A stretch of 43,338 nt of DNA from Kiritimatiellia bacterium (GTDB taxonomy: Bacteria; Verrucomicrobiota; Kiritimatiellia; RFP12; UBA1067). Positions 9,100 through 17,373 of this stretch are shown here, piece after piece. The stretch is taken from NCBI GenBank assembly GCA_017648225.1, contig JAGCJE010000006.1:1-43338 (forward strand). Direction: 5' to 3'. The notes under the pieces were generated by a model that was not told where the DNA came from, searched no databases, and saw only the letters and a program-made list of their open reading frames with translations. A program made the translations under genes and the position numbers. Every line of letters starts with the position of its first letter. Position 1 is the stretch's first letter.

Positions 9100-10076
9100 G
9101 ACTTCCTCCTTGAAAACAAACCCGAAATCCCGCCGGATTTTGAACTCTTGGCTGCCGCGAGTTCACGGCGCGCCGCTGCCTCAAGCGCCGCAAGCTGTGC
9201 GGGATTGACATTCTTAAACATTCCGCCTAAAGTAGGAGCTGGCGGTCGAGATGCCACAGCGGGAGACAATTCTCCTGCCGTTATAGTTTTTCTTGCAGGC
9301 GGCTCAACTTCAATAACCCGTTCAACTTCGACAATCTTCTCGACCTCTACTATTTTTTCTACCTCAACGATCCTCTCGACAGGAACCTCAACGCGAACTT
9401 CCTTCTCAACAATCTTCTCGACCTCGACAATCTTCTCTACTGGAACTTCAACGCGAACTTCCTTCTCGATGATCTTTTCGACTTCAACGATCCTCTCGAC
9501 AGGAACCTCAACGCGAACTTCCTTCTCGACGATTTTTTCAACCTCAACAATCTTCTCTACCGGAACTTCGACGCGAACTTCCTTCTCGACAATCTTCTCG
9601 ACCTCAACGATCTTCTCGACGGGAACTTCAACGCGCACTTCCTTCTCAACGATCTTTTCAACTTCTACGATCTTCTCTACAGGAACTTCAACACGAACTT
9701 CCTTTTCAACAATCTTCTCGACCTCGACTTCAACTTTTTTCTCAACCGTTACAGGGGGAGGATCTTGATCAATGGCGAACTCATGCTTGCGGTAAAATAC
9801 AGCGCCGGGAGGGGCTCCGTTTCCTGAAGCGAGGCGACTTACAACATTGCGGTTAAAAGGGCCGTAGAACTTGCCGGGCTCCGCCTCCACGACCCACTTC
9901 ATCTCAAGTTCGTCCATCAACTGGGCCGGGATCCATGTCTTGCGGTCGTACGACACAAAACCGCTGGGCTCTATCCGCCCTTCCTTCGCCCATTCAATCA
10001 GAGTCTTGCGATCGGTAGGCCCGTATACCTTACCTTCAGAACTTCTGACAAACCACTCCGTATCAGCTCTATCCAT
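9096..10076 (-). CDS. GYF_2-domain protein carrying a 20-aa tandem repeat array
   Basis: 326 aa. The N-terminus (EWFVRSSEGKVYGPTDRKTLIEWAKEGRIEPSGFVSYDRKTWIPAQLMDEL) fits GYF_2 and is followed by a second, weaker copy (KWVVEAEPGKFYGPFNRNVV...). Then come six exact-length units KIVEKEVRVEVPVE[K/R]IVEVE. There is no signal peptide. The start is 2 nt after the RND permease stop. Confidence 0.75.
   Translation of the reverse strand: MDRADTEWFVRSSEGKVYGPTDRKTLIEWAKEGRIEPSGFVSYDRKTWIPAQLMDELEMKWVVEAEPGKFYGPFNRNVVSRLASGNGAPPGAVFYRKHEFAIDQDPPPVTVEKKVEVEVEKIVEKEVRVEVPVEKIVEVEKIVEKEVRVEVPVEKIVEVEKIVEKEVRVEVPVEKIVEVEKIVEKEVRVEVPVERIVEVEKIIEKEVRVEVPVEKIVEVEKIVEKEVRVEVPVERIVEVEKIVEVEKIVEVERVIEVEPPARKTITAGELSPAVASRPPAPTLGGMFKNVNPAQLAALEAAARRELAAAKSSKSGGISGLFSRRKS
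9303..9746 (-). repeat. 60-bp (20-codon) in-frame tandem repeat with 6 full copies (9357-9716) plus partial flanks
   Basis: The period is visible directly because it equals the 60-nt line width. Lines 9361, 9421, 9481, 9541, 9601 and 9661 align column by column. Differences are mostly at codon third positions. The copies at 9361 and 9481 share a 44-nt identical block. Confidence 0.9.
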
Positions 10077-10078
10077 TC

Positions 10079-13000
10079 TTAGTCTTTCGCTCCACTCTTA
10101 AATAATCCGCTGATTTTCTCACGCAAACGCTGGAATAGTGAATATAAGGCGGGAACGAAGATTATACCCACGACGCTCGCGAAAAGCATTCCGCTGAACG
10201 TACAGATACCGATAGCTTTCATCGCACCTGAACCGGCACCTACCGCGAATACAAGCGGCAGAACGCCGATGACAAAGCTCCAGGCGGTCATCATTACGGC
10301 GCGGTAGCGCAGATCCGCACCTGAAATCGCCGCCTCGAAAATCCCCTTGCCGCTTTCGCGTTCCTGCTTCGAGAACTCGACCATCAGAATCGCGTTTTTA
10401 GCCGAAAGCCCGATAAGCATGACGCATCCCAGCTGAGCGTAAATCGAAAGCGGAGTCTTAGTCACCCACAACCCTATAAGTGCGCCGAGAAGAGCGAAAA
10501 TCACCGAAAGCATTACGGGAATCGGAATCGTCCAGCTCTCATACTGAGCTACCAGGAAGAGATACGCGAATACGAACGCCGCGACCAAAAGCCACGTAAG
10601 GCGACCTTCGTTCTCCTTTTCCTGAAGCTGCACGGGGCCCCACTCCACGATAAAGCCTTTAGGTAGCTCAATGGATTCAATAAGCTCCATAAGCTGAGAC
10701 GACGAAATACCCTCGTTCGGCGTCACGTCGCACCACGCCGCCCTCATTTTATTATAACTCATCGTCTCGCGCGTTCCACCGACGTATTCAACCGTACCGA
10801 TGGACGAAATCGGGACAGATTCGCCGGACGCCGTCGAAATGCGCACCGCGAGAATATCGGCTATCGACGTACGATGGTCTGGATCATTCTGAAGCTTAAC
10901 CTCGTAAACGCCGCCCTTTATGTTGAAGTCGTTAACGTAAAACGACGCCAGCTGGTTCTGGAGCGTCTGGAACACGACCTTAGGGGTAATTCCGAGAAGT
11001 TCCGCCTTTTCACGGTCAAGTTTAAGTTCAAGCTGGGGCGTAGAAGCGGTAAGACCGTGAACCGCGCTCTTCACGTACGGATGAGCGCGCAATTTCGCCA
11101 TTACGGATTCGGCGACTTCATAAAGTTCAAAAACCGTCGCGCCTTCCATCGAGCACAGGTTGAAACCTACGCCGCTGGAACCTCCGAGACCGCGGATCGG
11201 AGCAGGCTGGGAGAAGACGATTTCGGCCTCGTAAAGATCCTTTGTGGATTCTTTCAACTTGTCCATAATCGCATTGATGGCAAGTTCCGGATCCTTACGC
11301 TCGCCCCAATGCTTGAGACGGAACCAGACTGTCGCAAGGTTCTCGCCCGTACCCCACATACTGCTACTGCCGCAATTGGACGAAACCGCATGAATTCCTG
11401 GAGTCTTAAGAGCTCTTTCATGAATCTTATCGACAACCTCGATCGTATTGTCGATGGACTGGCCTTCAGAAAGGCGAAGATTGCATGTAATCCAGCCGCG
11501 GTCCTCCTTGGGCAGAAACGCGGTGGGAATCTTACCAGAGACGAACCAGATCGAAGCGCAGGCCGCCGCGAAGAAAAGAAGCGTAAAAAGCGCGCGGCGA
11601 ACGAAGAAGCCGACGAACTTCAAGTAGCCTCGACGGCTTATATCGAGCGTCCAGTTGAACGGAGCGAGAAGGATTCTACGCTTGTTGGGATCGGGTTTCT
11701 TAAGCAGATACGCGCAGAGAACCGGAGAAAGAACGAGCGCCACCACGGTTGAAAGGCAAAGAGCCACGCACATCGTCACGGCGAACTGAACATACATCAT
11801 TCCGACCATGCCGCCGTAAAACGCCAGCGGCAGGTAACAGGCGAGAGTGACAAGCGTCGTCGCGATAACAGCACCCGTGATCTGAGTCATCGACTTTGCG
11901 GCAGCCTCTTTAGCGGACAATCCCTCACGAAGCATAAGAGACTGGGTATTCTCGACTACGACAATCGCATCATCCACGAGCGAGCCGATAACGAGAATCA
12001 GTCCGAACATCGTAAGAACGTTAAGCGTGAAGCCGAACAGATAAAAGAACGTAAACGAACCCATAAGCGAAATGGGGATCGCTATCGCGGGAACAAAGGT
12101 CGCGCGCCAATCCTGAAGGAAGAGATACGTGATCGCGACAACGAGCAAAAGCGCAACAAAGAGAGTTACGTACGTCTCATTCAAAAACACCTCGGTAAAT
12201 GCGGTGGAATCATCGGCGAGAACGCCTTCCACTCCTTCCGGCATACGCTCAATCCATTTATCCACTTCTTCCTTCACGCGCTTGGCGGTTTCAACGGCGT
12301 TCGCTTCGGGAGATTTATAGACGGAAAGAGAAACAGCCGTGTTTTCGTTAAACTTGCCGCGCGTCGTATAGCCTTTGGCGCCAAGTTCAACGCGAGCGAC
12401 GTCTTTTATGCGGATCTGACCGCCAGTCTCGGGGTTGTTGCGGATAATGATATTCTCGAACTCCTCCTTCGACGTAAGACGGCCTTTAACGTTAAGCTTG
12501 AATGTGAGATGGCGGCTGGCGTATTCGCCGCCGACCGTTCCCGCGGCCGCCTGGACGTTTTGGGATTCAATGGCCGATTTTATCTCGGAGATGGAAACGT
12601 TAAGTCCCGCAAGACGCGTCTGGTCGAGCCAGATTCGCATCGAATATGTACGTCCTCCCGTTTCTACAAGACCGACACCTTCCATGCGCGAAATCGAATC
12701 CGCCATCTGTTTTTCAACAAAGTTGGAAAGCTCCAGGATATCCATACCGCCTTCACGCCCATCGGTCATGAACATGTACATGACCATTCTGTCTTCGGGA
12801 CGCTTTTTGATCGTGATTCCGCTTTGCTTTACTTCCGCAGGCAATTTCGATTCGGCGCGTCTGACGGCATTTTGAACGTTGACGAGCGCTATATTCGAAG
12901 AGACTCCAGGCCTAAACACGCAGTAGCAGTTGTATGATCCCCTGTCGTTGCAGTTCGACTTGTAATACCAGATATCTTCAACACCGTTGATCTGATCTTC

Positions 13001-13234
13001 AATAATCTGGCCTACGGAATCGTTCAGCACTTGGGTACTGGCTCCCGTATAAGTCGCGGAAACTGTAATTGTAACAGGTGTAATATTCGGATATTCAGCG
13101 ACTGCAAGGCGCGTGAAACTGATTGCGCCAACAAGCGTAATTACAATCGCAACGACCCACGCCATGCGAGGATGGGTGATGAAAAAAGCCGAAATGCTCG
13201 GATAAAGGCTCGCTAATTTTTCACGGATATTCAT
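10079..13234 (-). CDS. RND efflux transporter permease (AcrB/HAE1-like)
   Basis: 1051 aa. The architecture has two large loops after TM1 and TM7 and ~12 TM. Blocks IGSLVDDAIVVVEN and GLSAKNAILMVEF are typical of RND permeases. The start shares an ATGA overlap with the adaptor gene. Confidence 0.9.
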   Translation of the reverse strand: MNIREKLASLYPSISAFFITHPRMAWVVAIVITLVGAISFTRLAVAEYPNITPVTITVSATYTGASTQVLNDSVGQIIEDQINGVEDIWYYKSNCNDRGSYNCYCVFRPGVSSNIALVNVQNAVRRAESKLPAEVKQSGITIKKRPEDRMVMYMFMTDGREGGMDILELSNFVEKQMADSISRMEGVGLVETGGRTYSMRIWLDQTRLAGLNVSISEIKSAIESQNVQAAAGTVGGEYASRHLTFKLNVKGRLTSKEEFENIIIRNNPETGGQIRIKDVARVELGAKGYTTRGKFNENTAVSLSVYKSPEANAVETAKRVKEEVDKWIERMPEGVEGVLADDSTAFTEVFLNETYVTLFVALLLVVAITYLFLQDWRATFVPAIAIPISLMGSFTFFYLFGFTLNVLTMFGLILVIGSLVDDAIVVVENTQSLMLREGLSAKEAAAKSMTQITGAVIATTLVTLACYLPLAFYGGMVGMMYVQFAVTMCVALCLSTVVALVLSPVLCAYLLKKPDPNKRRILLAPFNWTLDISRRGYLKFVGFFVRRALFTLLFFAAACASIWFVSGKIPTAFLPKEDRGWITCNLRLSEGQSIDNTIEVVDKIHERALKTPGIHAVSSNCGSSSMWGTGENLATVWFRLKHWGERKDPELAINAIMDKLKESTKDLYEAEIVFSQPAPIRGLGGSSGVGFNLCSMEGATVFELYEVAESVMAKLRAHPYVKSAVHGLTASTPQLELKLDREKAELLGITPKVVFQTLQNQLASFYVNDFNIKGGVYEVKLQNDPDHRTSIADILAVRISTASGESVPISSIGTVEYVGGTRETMSYNKMRAAWCDVTPNEGISSSQLMELIESIELPKGFIVEWGPVQLQEKENEGRLTWLLVAAFVFAYLFLVAQYESWTIPIPVMLSVIFALLGALIGLWVTKTPLSIYAQLGCVMLIGLSAKNAILMVEFSKQERESGKGIFEAAISGADLRYRAVMMTAWSFVIGVLPLVFAVGAGSGAMKAIGICTFSGMLFASVVGIIFVPALYSLFQRLREKISGLFKSGAKD

Positions 13235-14295
13235 TTCGCCGCCTTCACCGTCATTCCGCGTTTAACTTTATGAGCGCCGTTGGCTACAATTCTATCGCCG
13301 GGCTTAAGACCCTTCTCGACAAACACCCAACCGTCTACAAGATCGCCGCGCGCGACGGAACGGCGAGAAGCGACGTTATTCTCATCGAGCACCCATACGT
13401 ACGGACCTTGGACGTCCTGCAAAATCGCGCTCGGCGGAACGGTCGGCATCATCTCGCCCTTCTTTGAGCCAAGAACCACGGTAACGGTTCCGCCCGGACG
13501 GAGAGTCGCATCGGGATTTTCGAACTGGAAATAGACTTGGATCGTATCAGTCAGTTCATCGGCCGTATTCTCGACATATTCAAATGCGCCTTTCCCAAAA
13601 TGTTCCTGACCGTTGGCCAAAAAGATTTTAGCCGTCGATTCATCGCGCAAACGGCTGCTCAGGCCGCCGAAAAGGCTGAGGAAGCGCCTATTGGAAAGCG
13701 AAAAACGGATTCGTATGGGAGAAATCTGAACGATTGAAACGAGCGGCACATCACCTGCCTTTGCATAGTTGCCGCGCGTCATCGCGGTAGAGCCGATTTT
13801 ACCGGAAATCGGAGCTTTTATCTCGCAATGCAGCAGGTTATCTCGCGCATAAACGAGATCCGCCTGGGCTGCGGCATACGCGGCGCGCGACGAGTCACGC
13901 TGTGAGAGCGCGTTATCCACGGCGTCCAGCGAAACGGCGCGCGTTTCAAGAAGCCTCTTATGACGGTTGTAAGACTGCTCGGCATACGCGACGTTGGCCT
14001 TGCACTCCTGAACCTTGGCCTCGGCGTTCTTTACGGCTGCGGCGTATTTTACGGGATCAAGTTTATAAAGAGTGTCGCCCTCGTTGACGAGCGCGCCGTT
14101 CTCAAAGCAAACCTCGAGAATTTCGCCTGAAACCTGCGGCACCACATCGACCCTGGAAATAGGAACAACACGTCCCGGCAGACGCGTTTCGACCTTAAGA
14201 GGTCTGTTGACGACTTCATATACGGGCAAGGTCACTTCCGCAGCAAAAACGGAGAATCCGACCAGACAACTTGTGGCGAGTAAATACTTATGCAT
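13231..14295 (-). CDS. RND efflux periplasmic adaptor (membrane-fusion protein)
   Basis: I prefer the ATG at 14295 (MHKYLLATSCLVGFSVFAAEV, a signal-like N-terminus) over the track start at 14394, whose extra 33 aa are not signal-like. Features include the lipoyl-like GDTLYKLDP block, a coiled-coil hairpin region and CEIKAPISGKIG. Confidence 0.85.
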   Translation of the reverse strand: MHKYLLATSCLVGFSVFAAEVTLPVYEVVNRPLKVETRLPGRVVPISRVDVVPQVSGEILEVCFENGALVNEGDTLYKLDPVKYAAAVKNAEAKVQECKANVAYAEQSYNRHKRLLETRAVSLDAVDNALSQRDSSRAAYAAAQADLVYARDNLLHCEIKAPISGKIGSTAMTRGNYAKAGDVPLVSIVQISPIRIRFSLSNRRFLSLFGGLSSRLRDESTAKIFLANGQEHFGKGAFEYVENTADELTDTIQVYFQFENPDATLRPGGTVTVVLGSKKGEMMPTVPPSAILQDVQGPYVWVLDENNVASRRSVARGDLVDGWVFVEKGLKPGDRIVANGAHKVKRGMTVKAAK

Positions 14296-14304
14296 AGTAT
14301 TTAA

Positions 14305-14313
14305 ATTATACCA
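14305..14313 (-). promoter_or_regulatory. candidate extended -10 element TGgTATAAT only 9 nt upstream of the adaptor ATG (near-leaderless transcript?)
   Basis: The reverse strand reads ...ttgaggcgacctatttgTGgTATAATttaaatactATG. There is no room for a Shine-Dalgarno, and the -35 is poor. Confidence 0.35.
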
Positions 14314-14604
14314 CAAATAGGTCGCCTCAACACCACTATTTTTACAATTTCTTAATTTTAGAAGCTGTGCCGCGCAAACCCAGATCGAGCGCACGAGCGC
14401 AGCGAAGTGGGCTCAAGGGTCGAGATAAGACCCTTACGACGTTGCCGTCGCAATAAATTTAGATTTTATATCCCGTAGGCGCTTGCCCAAATGGAGCGGC
14501 GTCATTCCGTCATGACGATTGGTTTAATATCGCCGTTTTCTTAAAAATACAGATGCTCAAGACATGTGACGCGGTGAGCGGCGGACTTATTAGGTATTGG
14601 ACGC

Positions 14605-14639
14605 CTGTCAGTTTAAATGGGGACAGTCCCCTTCGACAG
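14605..14639 (-). terminator. two-tier hairpin immediately after the metallophosphoesterase stop (weak terminator candidate)
   Basis: The outer stem is CTGTC(14605-09)/GACAG(14635-39). The inner stem is GGGGAC(14619-24)/GTCCCC(14626-31). On the minus strand the inner stem is followed only by ATTTAAA, so there is no proper U-tract. Confidence 0.3.
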
Positions 14640-16169
14640 TTACCTCGCGCAGACACAGCTGATCGGCCGGCCCGCATTACCGAAAGAATCAAGCGGCGTA
14701 ACCCGGAACGTATCGGCCCCGACGGGGAACCTGTCGGCAAAAACGGTTGCGACAACTTTCTTCGAAAATTTCGCATGCCTCTCCGGATAGAATCCGCCTG
14801 CGGCGCAAAGACGCACACGCGCTTCGGTTCCGCCTGAGTTCTGCGCAGAGATCTCATACTCCGCGACGCGGCCTGCCGCATTCGCCGGAGGGAACTCAAA
14901 CCTGATAGCCGTCTTCTCCTCCTGCGCGATGATTAACTCTTCCCTTTTAAGGCCACGCGTCTTTGCACATGTGCGCTCGACGGTAAGTTCCGCTCCAGCG
15001 GGAAACTCGGCCCTCTGCGCGACCCTGGCTCTCACCGCGAAACTTTTCGCCTTTGCGGGCAGTTCCACGACCCAATCCTCGCCCAGTTTCATCCCGCTCG
15101 CGAATTCGCGCTTTTCAAACTCAATTCGATCGTCATATACGCTCACGATCTGACCGACGCGGATGTCGGGACAAACCGCTTCATTCGTCATCGACTTCGG
15201 CGCATTATATCGGGCGTAATAGACGCCCCTGTCGGAGCGCTTCACGTTCGGGGCGTATACGTCGCAACCGCCGTTCTCGTATCCCGCGACATCCGCGCGA
15301 TTATAGACGGGGTTTGCCGACAGATACCTCAACGATCCAGTCGCCACCGATGTAAACGCGCCGCGCCACAATGCCCGCTCATTCGTCAGCGGCTCGTGGG
15401 AATGGCCAGAAAACGCAACAGCCTGGGGAAAGGCGGACAAAAGTCTGGTAGACGTCCCGTCATCGACACCCCAGGCGTCCTTCCCGTAGACAGTATCTCG
15501 CGGATGGGGATGCTGAACGTAAAAGAACGGCTTCGACGGGTCGCACGCCTCCATCATCGAACGAAAAGCGTCCGCACATCCATTGCACCCCGTCTCGGCA
15601 TATCCGTTGCACCAGACGCCCGGCTGCCAGTGCGAACAGAAGAAATCGAAACCTTTGACCGTTTTTCTAAAATACGGCTTCCATTCTTCATGAAAACAGA
15701 AATCCCACGCCTTGCGCGGATCGGCCTCGATCGCCTCGCGGCGGAGTTCTGCGGGATCCTTGAACACGTCGCCGCCTTTTTTAAGCGCGTATGCATCATG
15801 GTTACCGAAGACGAAAAGGCGCTCAACCTTGCGTCCGTCGGGCGCTCTGTCTCCGGGAAAAACCCTGAACCATGCGTCGGAAACGGCTTTCAGCTCACTC
15901 ACAAATCCGATGTCGGCGATATCGCCCGCAATCATCACCGCGTCAACGCCGCAATCACGGAAATAGGTCAGCGTACGTTCGAACGTCTGCGTATCGTATC
16001 CGGCCGCGAGAGATCGTCCGTCCGCAGCGAGTTTTACATGAACGTCGCTGACTACGCCGAATTTAAGGCGCACGTTCCCTCCGCCCGCAAAGGGTGCCAT
16101 CGCTCTGCACCCGGACACGAATCCCGCGCCTGCAAGCATCCCGGTGATAAAATCGCGTCTCTCTATCAT
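14640..16169 (-). CDS. Tat-exported metallophosphoesterase (calcineurin-like) with a C-terminal Ig-like extension
   Basis: I prefer the ATG at 16169 because GGAGG lies 7 nt upstream; the track start at 16187 abuts the upstream TAA. The twin-arginine signal is MIERRDFITGMLAGAGFVSGC. Phosphoesterase motifs are VVSDVHV, IAGDIAD, VFGNHD, YVQHPHP and FSGHSHE. Confidence 0.8.
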   Translation of the reverse strand: MIERRDFITGMLAGAGFVSGCRAMAPFAGGGNVRLKFGVVSDVHVKLAADGRSLAAGYDTQTFERTLTYFRDCGVDAVMIAGDIADIGFVSELKAVSDAWFRVFPGDRAPDGRKVERLFVFGNHDAYALKKGGDVFKDPAELRREAIEADPRKAWDFCFHEEWKPYFRKTVKGFDFFCSHWQPGVWCNGYAETGCNGCADAFRSMMEACDPSKPFFYVQHPHPRDTVYGKDAWGVDDGTSTRLLSAFPQAVAFSGHSHEPLTNERALWRGAFTSVATGSLRYLSANPVYNRADVAGYENGGCDVYAPNVKRSDRGVYYARYNAPKSMTNEAVCPDIRVGQIVSVYDDRIEFEKREFASGMKLGEDWVVELPAKAKSFAVRARVAQRAEFPAGAELTVERTCAKTRGLKREELIIAQEEKTAIRFEFPPANAAGRVAEYEISAQNSGGTEARVRLCAAGGFYPERHAKFSKKVVATVFADRFPVGADTFRVTPLDSFGNAGRPISCVCAR

Positions 16170-16187
16170 ATCTACACCTCCAGACAT

Positions 16188-17372
16188 TTATCCCGCGACA
16201 AAATACACGCCCGCGACACCGAGCAGAATTATCGCGACAAGAAGCACGCTCGGCACAAGCGCAAGCCTCCCAGGCAGACGCTCACACTTGACGAGGGGTC
16301 TACCCATCACCATTGAAAGAGCTGTTTTCATCATCGCGGCAAAAACGATGAAGAGCAGTAAAAGCACCACGACGGATACCCACGCCGGCGCGGAGAAAAC
16401 GAGCGCCAGCTCGGAGAAGAACAGAACGGACGGCGGCATGGCGCAGATGAAAACGATGCCTACGAGCCACACCAGAGCATGACCCTTCATCGAAACGGCG
16501 AGACCCTGAACCACCGGCACGGCGCGAGTGCCGAACGCCAGAAGAAGGTTGCCCGCCGTCTGGAAAAGAAGCGTCTTGGTAAGAGAATGGGCGACTATAT
16601 GGGCGAAAAGCGCGAGAACTATCATGCTCTTAATATCCGCCGAGCCGGCGCAAAGTGAATAAAGAATCGTTATAAGACCGATATGCTCAACCGATGAATA
16701 TGCCAAAAGGCGCTTGAAGTCGTTTTGGCGGACCATGAACACGGCGCCGACCGCAACCGAGAAAATACCGAGAGCGAGCATCGAATTGTCGCAAAACGGC
16801 GCGGCCTCGGCGGGCGCCATTTCGCGGAAGCGCACGATCGCGAAGAAAGAACAGTTCAGAAGTGCACCCGAGAGAAGAGCGGAAACGGGGGCCGGAGCCT
16901 CGGAGTGGGCGTCGGGGAGCCAAGAATGAAACGGCGCGAGGCCCGTCTTCGTTCCATAGCCCGCCAGAACAAACGCGAAGCCGGCCATAAACCAGCGTGG
17001 ACTTCCGATCGTCTGAGAATGCAGCACGAGCATCGTGCCGAAAAGCGCAAACGAGATGCCGATCGAGCAGATAAGAAGATATTTCCACATCGCCTCGAGG
17101 CCGTCCCTGTCGCGGTGGTACGCGATGAGCGGAGCCGACACGAGCGTCGTAAGCTCTATCGCGACCCACATGAGCGGCAGCGACTCGGCCGTAAGCGCAA
17201 AAATCATCGCTCCGAAAAACGCGATAAAAAGAGTATAGTAAAGCGCAGCCGGCATGTTCGGCGTTTTCGCGTGACGGGAAGCGAGCGGCAGATAAAAGAA
17301 ACTCTGCACCAGATTCACCGCGAAGAGAACCGGCGTCAGAATTAAAAGAAGATTCCTTAAATTGTGTTCCAT
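16188..17372 (-). CDS. antiporter-like proton-conducting membrane subunit (HyfF / NuoN-M-like, short form)
   Basis: 394 aa, polytopic. Blocks are WVAIELTTLVSAPLI (TM5 Glu), GYGTKTGLAPFHSWLPDAHSEAPAPVSALLSG (TM7 Lys plus the WLPDAH block) and HIVAHSLTKTLLF (TM12 Lys). The start is 1 nt after the upstream stop. Confidence 0.75.
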   Translation of the reverse strand: MEHNLRNLLLILTPVLFAVNLVQSFFYLPLASRHAKTPNMPAALYYTLFIAFFGAMIFALTAESLPLMWVAIELTTLVSAPLIAYHRDRDGLEAMWKYLLICSIGISFALFGTMLVLHSQTIGSPRWFMAGFAFVLAGYGTKTGLAPFHSWLPDAHSEAPAPVSALLSGALLNCSFFAIVRFREMAPAEAAPFCDNSMLALGIFSVAVGAVFMVRQNDFKRLLAYSSVEHIGLITILYSLCAGSADIKSMIVLALFAHIVAHSLTKTLLFQTAGNLLLAFGTRAVPVVQGLAVSMKGHALVWLVGIVFICAMPPSVLFFSELALVFSAPAWVSVVVLLLLFIVFAAMMKTALSMVMGRPLVKCERLPGRLALVPSVLLVAIILLGVAGVYFVAG

Positions 17373-17373
17373 A

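Noticed and set aside
9303-9746. Regularly spaced 60-bp repeats that might look like a CRISPR array
   Set aside because: There are no unique spacers between repeats because the units are directly contiguous. The array is in frame inside a long ORF, no cas genes are present, and variation is at codon third positions.
9067-9768. 233-aa plus-strand ORF with striking STIFSTSTIFSTGTSTRTSFS repeats
   Set aside because: It is the antisense reading of the 60-bp repeat array. The minus-strand frame has a GYF_2 N-terminal domain, a strong downstream-coupled operon context and synonymous-site variation consistent with selection on the VEK peptide. The plus ORF has no start context and overlaps two real genes.
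10079-14295. Expected outer-membrane factor (TolC/OprM-like) and TetR-type regulator next to the RND pair
   Set aside because: I looked on both sides. The downstream ORFs are GYF_2 proteins and the upstream ORF is the metallophosphoesterase. No beta-barrel/OMF-like or HTH regulator ORF is present, so none is reported.
14296-14394. Track's longer version of the RND adaptor ORF (start at 14394)
   Set aside because: The extra 33 aa (MRSIWVCAAQLLKLRNCKNSGVEATYLWYNLNT) are not signal-like and would bury the signal peptide that begins at MHKYLL. They also contain the best promoter-like element.
14434-14505. 23-aa basic mini-ORF (MTPLHLGKRLRDIKSKFIATATS) on the minus strand in the long intergenic gap
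   Set aside because: There is no convincing Shine-Dalgarno, it overlaps the predicted hairpins, and I have no way to test conservation. I treat it as chance pending ribosome-profiling or comparative data.
14296-14639. Possible tRNA, tmRNA, SRP, RNase P or 6S RNA gene in the only large gap
   Set aside because: I could find no T-loop (GTTCRANNC) or cloverleaf arrangement, and no signature sequence of the other housekeeping RNAs. Only generic hairpins are present.
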